From the NCBI GenBank assembly GCA_030651475.1, contig JAUSEW010000027.1, positions 41,553 to 105,552 on the forward strand: a stretch of DNA of 64,000 nt. Reading direction: 5' to 3'. The notes below the pieces were generated by a model. That model ran no database searches. It was not told the DNA's origin and worked only from the letters and a program-made list of their open reading frames with translations. A program made the translations under genes and the position numbers. This DNA is from Candidatus Levyibacteriota bacterium (GTDB lineage Bacteria; Patescibacteriota; Microgenomatia; Levybacterales; UBA12049). This document shows positions 27,680 to 37,457 of the stretch, in pieces; the first letter of the stretch is position 1; every line of letters begins with the position of its first letter.

Positions 27680-28665
27680 AAAAAATCTTAGTAACTGGCG
27701 GAGCAGGCTATATAGGTTCCGTATTGACTGCAGATTTACTGGATAAGGGATTTAAAGTTAGAGTATTTGATAGATTTATGTTTGGGGGAGAAAGTCTGCT
27801 TTCTTTCGTAAACAACAAGAATCTCGAGATTTTGAAGGGAGACGTGAGGGATAGCGATAGGCTTAAAATTGCAGTTAACGGTGTAGATAGCATAATTCAT
27901 TTAGCTGCATTGGTCGGGGAACCTGCCTGCAGGGAAAATCCAAAGGTTACGAAAGAAATTAACCATAAAGCAGCAGGGGAATTAGCGAGTCTTGCTAGAG
28001 AAAACGGCGTAGAACGCTTCATTTTCGTATCCACATGCAGTAATTATGGAATTTCTAAAGCAAATGAAAAGGCTACGGAAGAATCGGAGCTTAACCCGCT
28101 TTCTTTATACGCGGAGACAAAAATTGAAGCGGAGAAGTTTATTTTAGGGTTAACTTCTGATAATTTTCATCCAACCGTTCTTAGACTTGCTACCATATTC
28201 GGATTATCTCCAAGAATGAGATTTAATCTAATGGTAAATGAAGTAGCAAGAGAGACTGCAGTGAGTGGTAAATTTTCCATATATAATAAAAACGCGTGGA
28301 GGCCATTTCTTCACGTCCAAGATGTAAGCAATGCATTCCTAACGGTTTTACAGTCAAGTAATAATCAAATAAGTGGGAAGATTTTTAATGTTGTCGGAGA
28401 GAATATCCAAAAGGCTTATCTTATAGAACTTGCCAAGAAATTTAATCCGCAGTTTGAGATTGAAGTAAATGAAAGCGGGAAAGACGACAAGAGGGACTAT
28501 AGAGTATCAGCAAATAAAATTATGGATAAACTAGGCTGGAAACCAAGAATAACTGTTAAGGATGGATTTTTGGAAATATTTAATGCCGTAAGAAATGGTT
28601 TATTTTTAGATCCGTATGAGTTCAGATATAATGCTTGGTTTGATAATAAAGTATTTAAAAGATGA
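27676..28665 (+). CDS. NAD-dependent sugar-nucleotide epimerase/dehydratase (extended SDR)
   Basis: ILVTGGAGYIGSVL and YAETK motifs. Confidence 0.75.
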   Translation: MKKILVTGGAGYIGSVLTADLLDKGFKVRVFDRFMFGGESLLSFVNNKNLEILKGDVRDSDRLKIAVNGVDSIIHLAALVGEPACRENPKVTKEINHKAAGELASLARENGVERFIFVSTCSNYGISKANEKATEESELNPLSLYAETKIEAEKFILGLTSDNFHPTVLRLATIFGLSPRMRFNLMVNEVARETAVSGKFSIYNKNAWRPFLHVQDVSNAFLTVLQSSNNQISGKIFNVVGENIQKAYLIELAKKFNPQFEIEVNESGKDDKRDYRVSANKIMDKLGWKPRITVKDGFLEIFNAVRNGLFLDPYEFRYNAWFDNKVFKR

Positions 28666-29390
28666 AAAATATTATCGAAAAATTAAAGATTTACGGTCCC
28701 AAAACTTTTTTTTCATTCGCTATAAGCGAATTAAGAAATAAATTATTAATGCAATTAATAAAAGGATCTTATAGCCAGAAGGGCGAAGATTTGATAATCG
28801 ATAAGCTTCTCGAAAATAAAAAAAGAGGTTTCTATGTAGACGTAGGAGCTTATGATCCGAAACGCTTTAGCAATACCTATCGTTTTTACCAAAAGGGATG
28901 GCGCGGAATAAATATAGAACCAGATACACTTAATTACGAAAAGTTTTTAGCTGAAAGGAATAGAGATACAAATCTTAATATTGGAGTGGGAAATGGGGAA
29001 TCGAGTTTGGTTTTTTATAAATTTGTTCCGGATACGCTTTCTACATTTTCGAAAAAAGAGGCAGGGGAGTACAAAAAACAAGGATACAGATTGGTAGACA
29101 CAATAAAAGTTAAAATAGAGAGTCTTTCTAGTATATTTTCAAAATATTGCAAAAACAAAAAGATTGATTTTATTTCTGTGGATACAGAGGGTTATGATTT
29201 GGAAGTGCTTAAAAGCAACGATTGGGATAAATTTAGGCCGACTCTAATATGTGTCGAATCATTTGAACACCATAAAGGCGGGGGAAAAGCTATAGAATAC
29301 GATTACATAGAGCCTTTTTTGTCTAAAGTTGGATATAAGAAAGTTTTTGAAAACGGACTAAACTGTATCTACACGCTTAAAAGCGTTTAA
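28662..29390 (+). CDS. FkbM-family methyltransferase
   Basis: FYVDVGAYDPKRFSNTYRF (DVGAxxG-type) motif typical of FkbM methyltransferases. Confidence 0.65.
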   Translation: MKNIIEKLKIYGPKTFFSFAISELRNKLLMQLIKGSYSQKGEDLIIDKLLENKKRGFYVDVGAYDPKRFSNTYRFYQKGWRGINIEPDTLNYEKFLAERNRDTNLNIGVGNGESSLVFYKFVPDTLSTFSKKEAGEYKKQGYRLVDTIKVKIESLSSIFSKYCKNKKIDFISVDTEGYDLEVLKSNDWDKFRPTLICVESFEHHKGGGKAIEYDYIEPFLSKVGYKKVFENGLNCIYTLKSV

Positions 29391-29393
29391 TGT

Positions 29394-30476
29394 ATGAAGA
29401 TTATTAGACAGATGGATCCCTGGATTGACAGGGAAGAAGAAAAAGAAGTAATTAAGGTGATGCGATCCGGATGGATAACTGAGGCTGACGAGACAAAAAG
29501 ATTTGAAAAGATGATCGCAGATTTTACAGGGAGTAAGTATTGTTCTGTCGTAACTAATGGAACCGTAAGTCTCTATCTCGCACTTAAAGCATTAGGAATT
29601 GGGGAGGGGGATGAGGTCATCGTGCCGGACATGACAATGGTAGCTTCTCCAAATGCGGTTATTATGGCGAATGCAAAACCTGTTTTTGTAGACATTGAGA
29701 AAGACACATTATGTCTTTCCTTAGATGAGGTTGAAAAAAAGATTTCTAAAAAAACTAAAGCAATTATGATTGTTGCTCTTAACGGTAGAGCGCCTGATAT
29801 GCATAGAGCTCTTAAAATCGCAAAAGACAATAATCTATTTGTTGTTGAGGATGCAGCGCAAGCTCTTGGCTCTTACTTTCATGGAAAACATTTGGGAACG
29901 TTTGGGGATATCGGAAGTTTCTCATTCAGTACCCCAAAAGTGATTACAACAGCCCAAGGAGGAGCGCTTGTTACCGACAGAAAAGACCTTTACGATAAGA
30001 TAATCCGACTGAAAGATTTTGGGAGAGTTAATAGATCATCCCAAAATCACGATGAAATTGGTTTTAATTTTAAGTTTACAGATATTCTCGCAGCAATAGG
30101 AGTCGTACAGATGAAAAAGCTGCCAACGAGGCTTAATAGAAAAAAAGAGATGTACAATAGCTACAAGCAAGAGCTTAAGAATCTAAAGCAAATACAATTT
30201 ATAGCTACAGATCTTTCTCAAACATCTCCTTGGTTTATGGATATTTTTGTTTCCGATCCAAAGGCTCTTCAAGGTTTTCTGAAAAACAAAAATATAGGAA
30301 CCAGACTTTTTTATCCTGCTATTCATACAACCGAACCGTATAAATCAGAAAATCAATATAAAAATTCTTTATGGGCATCGGAGCATGGATTATGGCTTCC
30401 ATCATCAGCTTTCTTAACAGATTCTGATATAATGCATATCTGCAAAGAAATAAAAAGTTTTTATGAAAAAAACTGA
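29394..30476 (+). CDS. DegT/DnrJ/EryC1-family PLP-dependent sugar aminotransferase
   Basis: SFSFSTPKVITTAQGGALVT with Lys present. N-terminal small-domain motifs. Confidence 0.8.
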   Translation: MKIIRQMDPWIDREEEKEVIKVMRSGWITEADETKRFEKMIADFTGSKYCSVVTNGTVSLYLALKALGIGEGDEVIVPDMTMVASPNAVIMANAKPVFVDIEKDTLCLSLDEVEKKISKKTKAIMIVALNGRAPDMHRALKIAKDNNLFVVEDAAQALGSYFHGKHLGTFGDIGSFSFSTPKVITTAQGGALVTDRKDLYDKIIRLKDFGRVNRSSQNHDEIGFNFKFTDILAAIGVVQMKKLPTRLNRKKEMYNSYKQELKNLKQIQFIATDLSQTSPWFMDIFVSDPKALQGFLKNKNIGTRLFYPAIHTTEPYKSENQYKNSLWASEHGLWLPSSAFLTDSDIMHICKEIKSFYEKN

Positions 30477-31545
30477 ACAAGATATCAAAAAAATTCTTAA
30501 CAACAGAACAGTTCTTATAACAGGAGCAGATGGTTTTGTTGCCTCACATCTGACGGAAAAGTTAGTGGAGTACGGATCGAATGTTCACATATTAATTCGA
30601 GCAACTTCTTCCGGAATGCTGCATAATCTTCCCCATCTCAGGGGGAAAATGGTTGTTCATCATGGAGACTTAACAGACAAGCAGGCAATAAAGGAAGTAT
30701 TGAAGATAATAAAAAACGAGGGACCAAAACCGATCATATTTCACTTAGGGGCGCAGGCCCATGTTGGCGAATCTTGGAAAAGATCGTATGAGACATTTAA
30801 CACAAATGCTCTTGGAACATTAAATCTTTTGCAAACAATTGTCGATTTAGATATTGATCTATTTAAGTTGGATACGGCTGGAACCTCTGAAGAATATGGC
30901 AATGTAAATCCTGAAGTTAAAGATCAATACAGATTTGATAAAAATGGTGGTCTTATCTTGGATGAGAAATCACCTTTAAATCCACAGAGTATCTATGCCA
31001 CATCCAAAGTAGCGGCAGATTTTCTAACTCGAAATTTTTATGGTGGATATGGAATTCCTACAGTCGTAACAAGAATGTTCAATAACTATGGTCCTAGACA
31101 GAATCCAAGATTTATAACTGGAACAATCATAACGCAAGCTTTAGATAAGGATTCAGTTGAATTGGGTACTCTAACCCCAAAAAGAGATTTTTGCTTTGTA
31201 GAGGATGGAGCGATGGGACATATAAATGTTGCGCTTTTTGGTAATCCTGGAGAAGTGTATGTTTATGGTTATGGAGAAACGATCTCAATTGGAGATTGGT
31301 ACAACCTGATTATAGAGGTGGGGCGTGAAGAAGGATATTGGAAAGACAAAAAATTAATAAATCGAGCAAGCGGAAAAAGAGGTAGGCTTGGGAAAAGCGA
31401 AGTTGAAGAATTGAGAGTTGACTATACGAAATTAAATAAGCTTACGGGTTGGACTCCAAAATTTTCATGGAAAGAAGGACTTGCAGAAACCATCAAATGG
31501 TATGCTGAAAATAAGGATAAGTGGATAGGGAGGATAGATTGGTAA
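30463..31545 (+). CDS. Gmd-like NDP-hexose 4,6-dehydratase (GDP-mannose 4,6-dehydratase family)
   Basis: Matches remembered E. coli Gmd along its length: VLITGADGFVASHL, IRATSSG, HHGDLTD, HLGAQAHV, TSEEYG, YATSKV...FNNYGPRQ. Contains an unusual ~40 aa insertion. Confidence 0.6.
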   Translation: MKKTEQDIKKILNNRTVLITGADGFVASHLTEKLVEYGSNVHILIRATSSGMLHNLPHLRGKMVVHHGDLTDKQAIKEVLKIIKNEGPKPIIFHLGAQAHVGESWKRSYETFNTNALGTLNLLQTIVDLDIDLFKLDTAGTSEEYGNVNPEVKDQYRFDKNGGLILDEKSPLNPQSIYATSKVAADFLTRNFYGGYGIPTVVTRMFNNYGPRQNPRFITGTIITQALDKDSVELGTLTPKRDFCFVEDGAMGHINVALFGNPGEVYVYGYGETISIGDWYNLIIEVGREEGYWKDKKLINRASGKRGRLGKSEVEELRVDYTKLNKLTGWTPKFSWKEGLAETIKWYAENKDKWIGRIDW

Positions 31546-31546
31546 A

Positions 31547-32479
31547 ATGATTAATGTTGGATTTTGGAAAAACAAAAAGATTCTCGTAACAGGCGGGAAA
31601 GGGTTTGTTGGTAGTCACGTAATTGATAATCTTATAAAAAAGCGTAAAGTTAATCCCTCTGATATCGTGGTTCCGGACAGTAGTAAATTTGACCTTCGTT
31701 TATTTGATAGCGCAAAAAGAGTTGTTAGGGGAATTGACATAGTGTTGCATCTTGCTGCTGACGTTGGAGGTATTGGATACAGCAGCAGTCATCCTGCGAC
31801 CCAAATGAGGAATTGTTTTTTGATGGATGCGAATATATTTGAAGCCGCAGCGAAAGAAAAAGTGCAAAAGTTCGTTTGCGTATCTTCTGCGGTAGCGTAT
31901 CCTGTTGATGCCATATCACCTCTTAATGAAAAAGATTTATTCAAAGGTGAGCCGGCTAAAGGTGGATATGGCTACGGTTTTGCTAAAAGGATGTCAGTTG
32001 TTATGACTAGGGCTTATAAGGAAGAAAAAGGATTAAATGCCTGCGTTTTGCTTTCAGCAAATAGTTATGGACCAAGACAGGATTTTGATTTGGAAAGCGG
32101 TCATGTTATACCTTCATTAATACGGAAATGCTTTACGTTTGAAAGGCTTGAGGTTTGGGGAGACGGAAGTCAAATTAGAGATTTTTTCTACGTCAAAGAT
32201 TTCGCAGAGGGTATTGTCTTAGCAGCTGAAAAACTCGAAGGTTCGGAACCCGTGAATATAGGTTCAGGATCAGGAACAAGCATAAAAGAACTAGTAAAAT
32301 TGATTGTTAGACTAACGGGTTTTAAAGATGAAGTATATTTTGATACAACAAAACCACAAGGGCAAAAAATAAGGGTTGTAGATATTAATAGGGCACGAAA
32401 ATTAATGGGTTTTAAACCCAAATACTCGTTAGAAAAAGGTCTTTTAGAAACGATTAGTTGGTACAAAAAGAGTTTATGA
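31547..32479 (+). CDS. GDP-4-keto-6-deoxymannose 3,5-epimerase/4-reductase family (GDP-L-fucose synthase Fcl/ColC-like)
   Basis: Collinear with remembered E. coli Fcl: [31 protein letters not shown] (cf. [24 protein letters not shown]), [24 protein letters not shown]. Confidence 0.7.
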   Translation: MINVGFWKNKKILVTGGKGFVGSHVIDNLIKKRKVNPSDIVVPDSSKFDLRLFDSAKRVVRGIDIVLHLAADVGGIGYSSSHPATQMRNCFLMDANIFEAAAKEKVQKFVCVSSAVAYPVDAISPLNEKDLFKGEPAKGGYGYGFAKRMSVVMTRAYKEEKGLNACVLLSANSYGPRQDFDLESGHVIPSLIRKCFTFERLEVWGDGSQIRDFFYVKDFAEGIVLAAEKLEGSEPVNIGSGSGTSIKELVKLIVRLTGFKDEVYFDTTKPQGQKIRVVDINRARKLMGFKPKYSLEKGLLETISWYKKSL

Positions 32480-33036
32480 ATATTGTTAGCATTTATTACA
32501 AGCTTAGCGCTCTGCTTGGTAATTTTAAAAAATTACTTTTCATTAATAGCTATCAGGCCGGCAAAAATTTTAAACTGGGTTTTAGCGGAGGAATAATAGG
32601 GGATAAAGAGAAGATAATTATTGGCAATAATGTAGGTTTATCGGGTTGGTTAATAAGCGACGGAGGAAAAATTATAGTAGGAGATAATACGATAATAAAT
32701 AAAAATACCATTATAAGATCAATGAGGTTGGTCAAAATTGGAAAATATTGTGATATTGCCAGTGATTGTGCGATTCAGGATCACAACAGCAGATCCTTAG
32801 ATTATAGGGAGAGGAGAAAATATATGCTGACTGGTAATTTCGACGAGAAAGTTTTAAACTCTCCCGTTATTATAGGAGATGACGTCTGGATTGGTCGTAG
32901 GGTAACTATTCTGAAGGGAGTTACCGTAGGAAATGGAGCAATTTTAGCAACAAATGCTGTTGTTACGAAAGATGTTCCTTCATTATCTATCGTCGCCGGC
33001 AATCCCGCTAAAATAGTTAAGAAACTAGATTATTAA
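32476..33036 (+). CDS. Hexapeptide-repeat (left-handed beta-helix) acetyltransferase
   Basis: [37 protein letters not shown] hexapeptide repeats. The start is set at the ATGA overlap (32476); an in-frame upstream ATG at 32458 overlaps the previous gene by 22 nt. Confidence 0.7.
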   Translation: MNIVSIYYKLSALLGNFKKLLFINSYQAGKNFKLGFSGGIIGDKEKIIIGNNVGLSGWLISDGGKIIVGDNTIINKNTIIRSMRLVKIGKYCDIASDCAIQDHNSRSLDYRERRKYMLTGNFDEKVLNSPVIIGDDVWIGRRVTILKGVTVGNGAILATNAVVTKDVPSLSIVAGNPAKIVKKLDY

Positions 33037-33044
33037 CTTTAAGT

Positions 33045-33989
33045 TTATGTATTTATTAGGGATTTGTATTTGTTGACAATTCGTTTTATTCCCTTCTTAT
33101 AGTCTATTGTAGGCTTCCAGCCAAGTCGTGAAATTTTTGATGTATTAGCAACGAAGTTTGTGATTCCCACTGCTTTATGAAATTCCGGTGGCTCAATTTC
33201 GACAATTTCTGATTTTTTTTCTGTTATTTCGTGTAAGCAACTAATCATATCTTTAAAAAGAACAGATTTTCCAAAACCTATCAGAAAAGTATCATTATCT
33301 ATATTTTTATTTTCCAAAAAATTTAAAGCAGAAATTATATCGTCAACATGAATATAATCTCTGCAAAAATTTCCACCCCTATAGACTGAAAGAGTTTCTC
33401 CTTTTACTGCCTGCATTATAATATAATTAAGTACGCCCTTTTTTTTATTATCATAATCTTCATTTTCACTATATACATTGGTCAATCTACATATTAAATA
33501 TGGTATGTCATAAAGACGGGAATATAGCTTAATTATGCTTTCAGCGCAGAGTTTTGTTGCAGGATAAATTGCAAGAGGATTTGTTTTGGACTCTTCGTTA
33601 ATTGGAATTTTAGTTTGGTCATATACATTCCCGTAAACGAAAAAAGTTGAGAGAAAAACTATTTTCGGTTTCTTTTTTAAGTCTCTACACGTTTCCAAAA
33701 GCCTAATAGTGCCATTAATATTTGTTTCGACATCAAGATAGGGATTGGTGAGTACGTTGTAATTATCAACAGTGCTTGCGAGATGATAAATAATGTCAAT
33801 TCCTTCAAGGTCTTGTCTCTGTATGTTCGCGAGATCCTTCAGGATTATTTTTGTATTCTTTCTAGCTAATCTCTCCTTGTGTTTTTCAGAGCGTGTCAAT
33901 ATCGTAACGCTTCCCTCAAGAGAATTGGCCAGAGCAGATCCTATAAGGCCATAGCCTCCCGTAATAAGATAAGAAGTATTTTTCGTCAT
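33045..33989 (-). CDS. NAD-dependent sugar-nucleotide epimerase/dehydratase (extended SDR)
   Basis: YLITGGYGLIGSAL Rossmann motif and YPATK catalytic motif. Confidence 0.7.
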   Translation of the reverse strand: MTKNTSYLITGGYGLIGSALANSLEGSVTILTRSEKHKERLARKNTKIILKDLANIQRQDLEGIDIIYHLASTVDNYNVLTNPYLDVETNINGTIRLLETCRDLKKKPKIVFLSTFFVYGNVYDQTKIPINEESKTNPLAIYPATKLCAESIIKLYSRLYDIPYLICRLTNVYSENEDYDNKKKGVLNYIIMQAVKGETLSVYRGGNFCRDYIHVDDIISALNFLENKNIDNDTFLIGFGKSVLFKDMISCLHEITEKKSEIVEIEPPEFHKAVGITNFVANTSKISRLGWKPTIDYKKGIKRIVNKYKSLINT

Positions 33990-34062
33990 GTTAGTATTGT
34001 AACAAATTGAACGCTCGTGGTCTATTGCAAACTAGTTGTTATTGCATTAAAATAAAGCCTAC
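33990..34062. promoter_or_regulatory. Divergent intergenic region; candidate promoters for 33045..33989(-) and 34063..35274(+)
   Basis: 73-bp AT-rich gap between divergent genes. Confidence 0.25.
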
Positions 34063-35274
34063 ATGCTTAAAAGCAATCAGGGAACAATAAATAAAAAAAT
34101 ATTGTATGCAGAGGCAGTATATGGAGATGAAGAAAAACAGGCGGTAATGCGTTCAATGGACAACAAATGGTTGGCTTCAGGTCCTTTGGTTAAAGAATTC
34201 GAAGAAAAGGTAGCTAAACTTTTTGGGAAAAAATATGGAATTGCCGTAAATTCCGGTTCTTCGGCAGATCTTCTTGCGATTCAAAGTCTCCGTCTTCCGA
34301 AAGGCGCTGAAGTAATTACTCCGGCGTGCACATTTTCAACTACTGTTTCCTCCATTGTTCACAATAATCTAGTCCCTGTTTTTATAGATACTGTGATTGG
34401 CAGATATACCATTAATGAAGATTTGGTAGAAAAAGCTATTACAAAAAAAACCAAAATTATTTTTGTTCCTCAATTAGTTGGTGGCGTTTGCGATATGGCT
34501 AGGCTTAGAAAAATAGCTAACAAACATAATCTTATTTTAATAGACGATTCTTGTGATACATTCGCTCCTTATTTTAATTCCAAAACTGCGGCTTCATATA
34601 GCGATTTAACAACGACCTCATTCTATGGATCACACATAATTACGGCTCTTGGATTTGGCGGAATGGTTTTGGTCGATGACGAAAAACTAAGGGACAGAAT
34701 TTATACTCTTCGTGATTGGGGTAGAGTAGGAAACGATAAAGAAGCATTCGAAAATAGATTTAATTTTTCTATAGACGAAATTCCATATGATGCAAAATTT
34801 CTTTATTCGGAGCTTGGATATAACTTAAAAATGAATGAGGCAGCTGCGGCATTTGGTCTTGTGCAGTTAAGAAGGTTGGATGGTTTTCTAAAGAAACGTA
34901 CCTATAACTTTAAAAAACTTAAAAAATTCTTTAGTAAATATGAGAAGTGGTTTGTTCTTCCTTATCTTCTGGAAGGAGCGCAAACAAATTGGCTTGCTTT
35001 TCCTTTGACGGTTAAAAAAGATGCGCCTTTTTCCCGTTATGATTTTTTGAAACATATGGAATCTAAAGGGATTCAAACAAGAGTACTTTTTTCAGGAAAT
35101 ATCGTTAGGCACCCGGTCTATAAAGATATTAAATTTAAGGTTAGTGGATCGTTAAAAAATGCAGATACCATTATGGCATCCTCTTTATTATTGGGTTGCC
35201 ATCAAGCTCTTACAGACACAGACATAGATTACATTGCCAAATCTGCAGACGAATTCTTCAAGAGATATGCTTAA
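34063..35274 (+). CDS. DegT-family PLP/PMP enzyme with His replacing the active-site Lys: candidate NDP-4-keto-6-deoxyhexose 3-dehydratase (ColD/E1-like)
   Basis: Aligns with the DegT fold but reads SFYGSHIITALGFGG where the paralogs have SFxxxK. His-for-Lys is the known hallmark of ColD and E1 dehydratases. Confidence 0.55.
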   Translation: MLKSNQGTINKKILYAEAVYGDEEKQAVMRSMDNKWLASGPLVKEFEEKVAKLFGKKYGIAVNSGSSADLLAIQSLRLPKGAEVITPACTFSTTVSSIVHNNLVPVFIDTVIGRYTINEDLVEKAITKKTKIIFVPQLVGGVCDMARLRKIANKHNLILIDDSCDTFAPYFNSKTAASYSDLTTTSFYGSHIITALGFGGMVLVDDEKLRDRIYTLRDWGRVGNDKEAFENRFNFSIDEIPYDAKFLYSELGYNLKMNEAAAAFGLVQLRRLDGFLKKRTYNFKKLKKFFSKYEKWFVLPYLLEGAQTNWLAFPLTVKKDAPFSRYDFLKHMESKGIQTRVLFSGNIVRHPVYKDIKFKVSGSLKNADTIMASSLLLGCHQALTDTDIDYIAKSADEFFKRYA

Positions 35275-36286
35275 TCCTCTGGTCACAATAATAATTGTAA
35301 ATTGGAACGGTAGAGCTCTTTTGGAAGATTGCCTTTCTTCCTTGTTGAAAATTTCTTACAAAAATAAAGAAGTTACCTTTGTAGATAATGCATCAACTGA
35401 TGGTTCTTTGGAATACGCCAAAAAAATGTACCCGGGGATGAAAATTATCCAAAATTCAAAAAATTTAGGTTATGCCGAAGGCCATGAAGAGGCAATAAAA
35501 AAAGCAAAAGGAGAATTAGTTTTGCTTTTAAGTACAGACACTATTGTCAAAGAAAATATGCTGTCTGCCATGGTTTCAGCTATTTACAAGGAAAAAAATA
35601 TTGGAGCGGTTATGCCAAAACTGCTTATGCATCCTAATACGAATTTAATAGATTCCATTGGATCTTTTTTTGTCCGAAGCGGAGTTTCGTATCACTATGG
35701 TCGGGAAAAAGACTCAAAACTCCCAATTTATAATAAAAAAATGGAGATTTATTCCGCCAAAGGAGCATGCCTTCTTTTTAGAAAAGAAGTTCTTGAGAAA
35801 ACTGGATTATTCGATAAAGATTATTTCGCATATTTTGAGGAGACTGATTTGTGCCACAGGATATGGCTCTCCGGCTATAAAGTTATATATACTCCGGACA
35901 CCGAGGTTTACCATAAGGGAGCAGGAACTTCAAAAAAAATTGCAAGAGCATACATACAATTTCACTCATTTAAAAATAGACTTATGACTTATCTTAAAAA
36001 TTTATCAGCAGTAAATATAATAAAAGTATTGCCTCTAACTCTTTTGGTTTATCAGGCTATTTTTCTCCTTTTCTTATTAACCGGAAAATTTAGAATTGCT
36101 TTTGCTATCCAGGGGGCAATTATCTGGAATTTTTTGAATATTGGAAAAACTTTGAAAAAAAGAAAATACGTCCAGGAGGAAATTAGAAAGGTAAGAGATG
36201 AGGACTTTTTACCTAACATTACAAGGAAAGTAAGACTTAGCTATTATTATTATATGTTTAGAGGCTTAAACTTGTATAAGGATTAA
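35267..36286 (+). CDS. Glycosyltransferase, GT2 family, with C-terminal TM helices
   Basis: VTIIIVNWNGRALL...VTFVDNASTDGS...LLSTDTIV motifs. The start is set at the ATGCTTAA overlap (35267) rather than the upstream ATG (35234). Confidence 0.7.
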   Translation: MLNPLVTIIIVNWNGRALLEDCLSSLLKISYKNKEVTFVDNASTDGSLEYAKKMYPGMKIIQNSKNLGYAEGHEEAIKKAKGELVLLLSTDTIVKENMLSAMVSAIYKEKNIGAVMPKLLMHPNTNLIDSIGSFFVRSGVSYHYGREKDSKLPIYNKKMEIYSAKGACLLFRKEVLEKTGLFDKDYFAYFEETDLCHRIWLSGYKVIYTPDTEVYHKGAGTSKKIARAYIQFHSFKNRLMTYLKNLSAVNIIKVLPLTLLVYQAIFLLFLLTGKFRIAFAIQGAIIWNFLNIGKTLKKRKYVQEEIRKVRDEDFLPNITRKVRLSYYYYMFRGLNLYKD

Positions 36287-37453
36287 ATGAAGAATAATAG
36301 GAAAATTAGAATTGTAATTTCGCTTCACGAATTCTATGAGGCAGGTTCTGCATATGAGCTTAGGAATTTTTTGCTAGAAAATTATAAGGCGGACATGCTT
36401 TTCATCTCCCACCCCCTCCTTCTAAGAAAGGAGTCCTACAATTTTAGTTCGAGATATGAATATTTTAAAGACAGCATATTGATAAAAAAAAACAATGCTT
36501 TTCATTGGGTTTTGCCGGAACCTTTCTTGTATATTAAGGATTTTCTATACACACTGATATGGACAATTTTTATTGGTCAAAAATATGATCTATTCTTTGG
36601 TTACAACCCTCTAGACGCATTTTGTGGCATTCTGTTAAGAAGTATTGGAAGAGTTAAAAAAGTTGTTTATTACAATATAGACTTCACCCCAATTCGTTTT
36701 CAGAACAAAATCCTTGACTACATTTATCATCTGTTCGATAAGTACGCTGCTTACTACGCTGATCTTAATTGGGTTGGGACAAAGAGAACTATAAAAGCAA
36801 GAATAAATTATGGGTTATCTCTAAAAAGAATGGCGAAAACAATTATAGTTCCAGACGGCAATCATTCCCTCAGGATAAAACAAAAAAAGTCCTCGCAAGT
36901 AAAAAAAGAAAACATAGTTTACTTGGGAGGTATATACAAAAAGCAGGGAATAGATCTCATTATTGAGGCTCTCCCAAAGCTCAATAAATTGATTAAAGGT
37001 TTGGAGTTCACAGTCATAGGAGATGGTGAATATCTAGACACACTCAAAGAAAAGGTAAAGAGTTTAAAACTTAATAACGTAAGATTTCTAGGATACATAG
37101 AAGATTTATTTAAAGTAGAAGATATCTTAACGAGTTCGGGAATAGCGGTCGCACCCTACCTTCCCGATAAGAATAGTTTTACTTACTATTCCGATCCGGG
37201 GAAACCAAAATGGTATCTTGCCTGTGGCTTGCCAGTTATTATAACGAATGTTCCGGCGATTGCCGAGGTAATAGAACGAAGAAAGGCGGGAAAAATGATA
37301 AACTACGATAAAGAGGAATTAATAAAAGCGGTTTTAGAAATAATGCATAAAGGAAATTATGAGGAATACAGAAAAAATTCAAGGAAAATGGGACTTTCTT
37401 TTGATTGGTCGATTATTTTTAAAAAGGCATTATCGCAAACTTTGAGAATATAA
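36287..37453 (+). CDS. Glycosyltransferase, GT-B fold (GT4-like, divergent)
   Basis: C-terminal domain with IVYLGGIYKKQGIDLIIEA...FTVIGDGEY and ACGLPVIITNVPAIAEVI, typical of GT-B C-domains. Confidence 0.55.
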   Translation: MKNNRKIRIVISLHEFYEAGSAYELRNFLLENYKADMLFISHPLLLRKESYNFSSRYEYFKDSILIKKNNAFHWVLPEPFLYIKDFLYTLIWTIFIGQKYDLFFGYNPLDAFCGILLRSIGRVKKVVYYNIDFTPIRFQNKILDYIYHLFDKYAAYYADLNWVGTKRTIKARINYGLSLKRMAKTIIVPDGNHSLRIKQKKSSQVKKENIVYLGGIYKKQGIDLIIEALPKLNKLIKGLEFTVIGDGEYLDTLKEKVKSLKLNNVRFLGYIEDLFKVEDILTSSGIAVAPYLPDKNSFTYYSDPGKPKWYLACGLPVIITNVPAIAEVIERRKAGKMINYDKEELIKAVLEIMHKGNYEEYRKNSRKMGLSFDWSIIFKKALSQTLRI

Positions 37454-37457
37454 ACGC

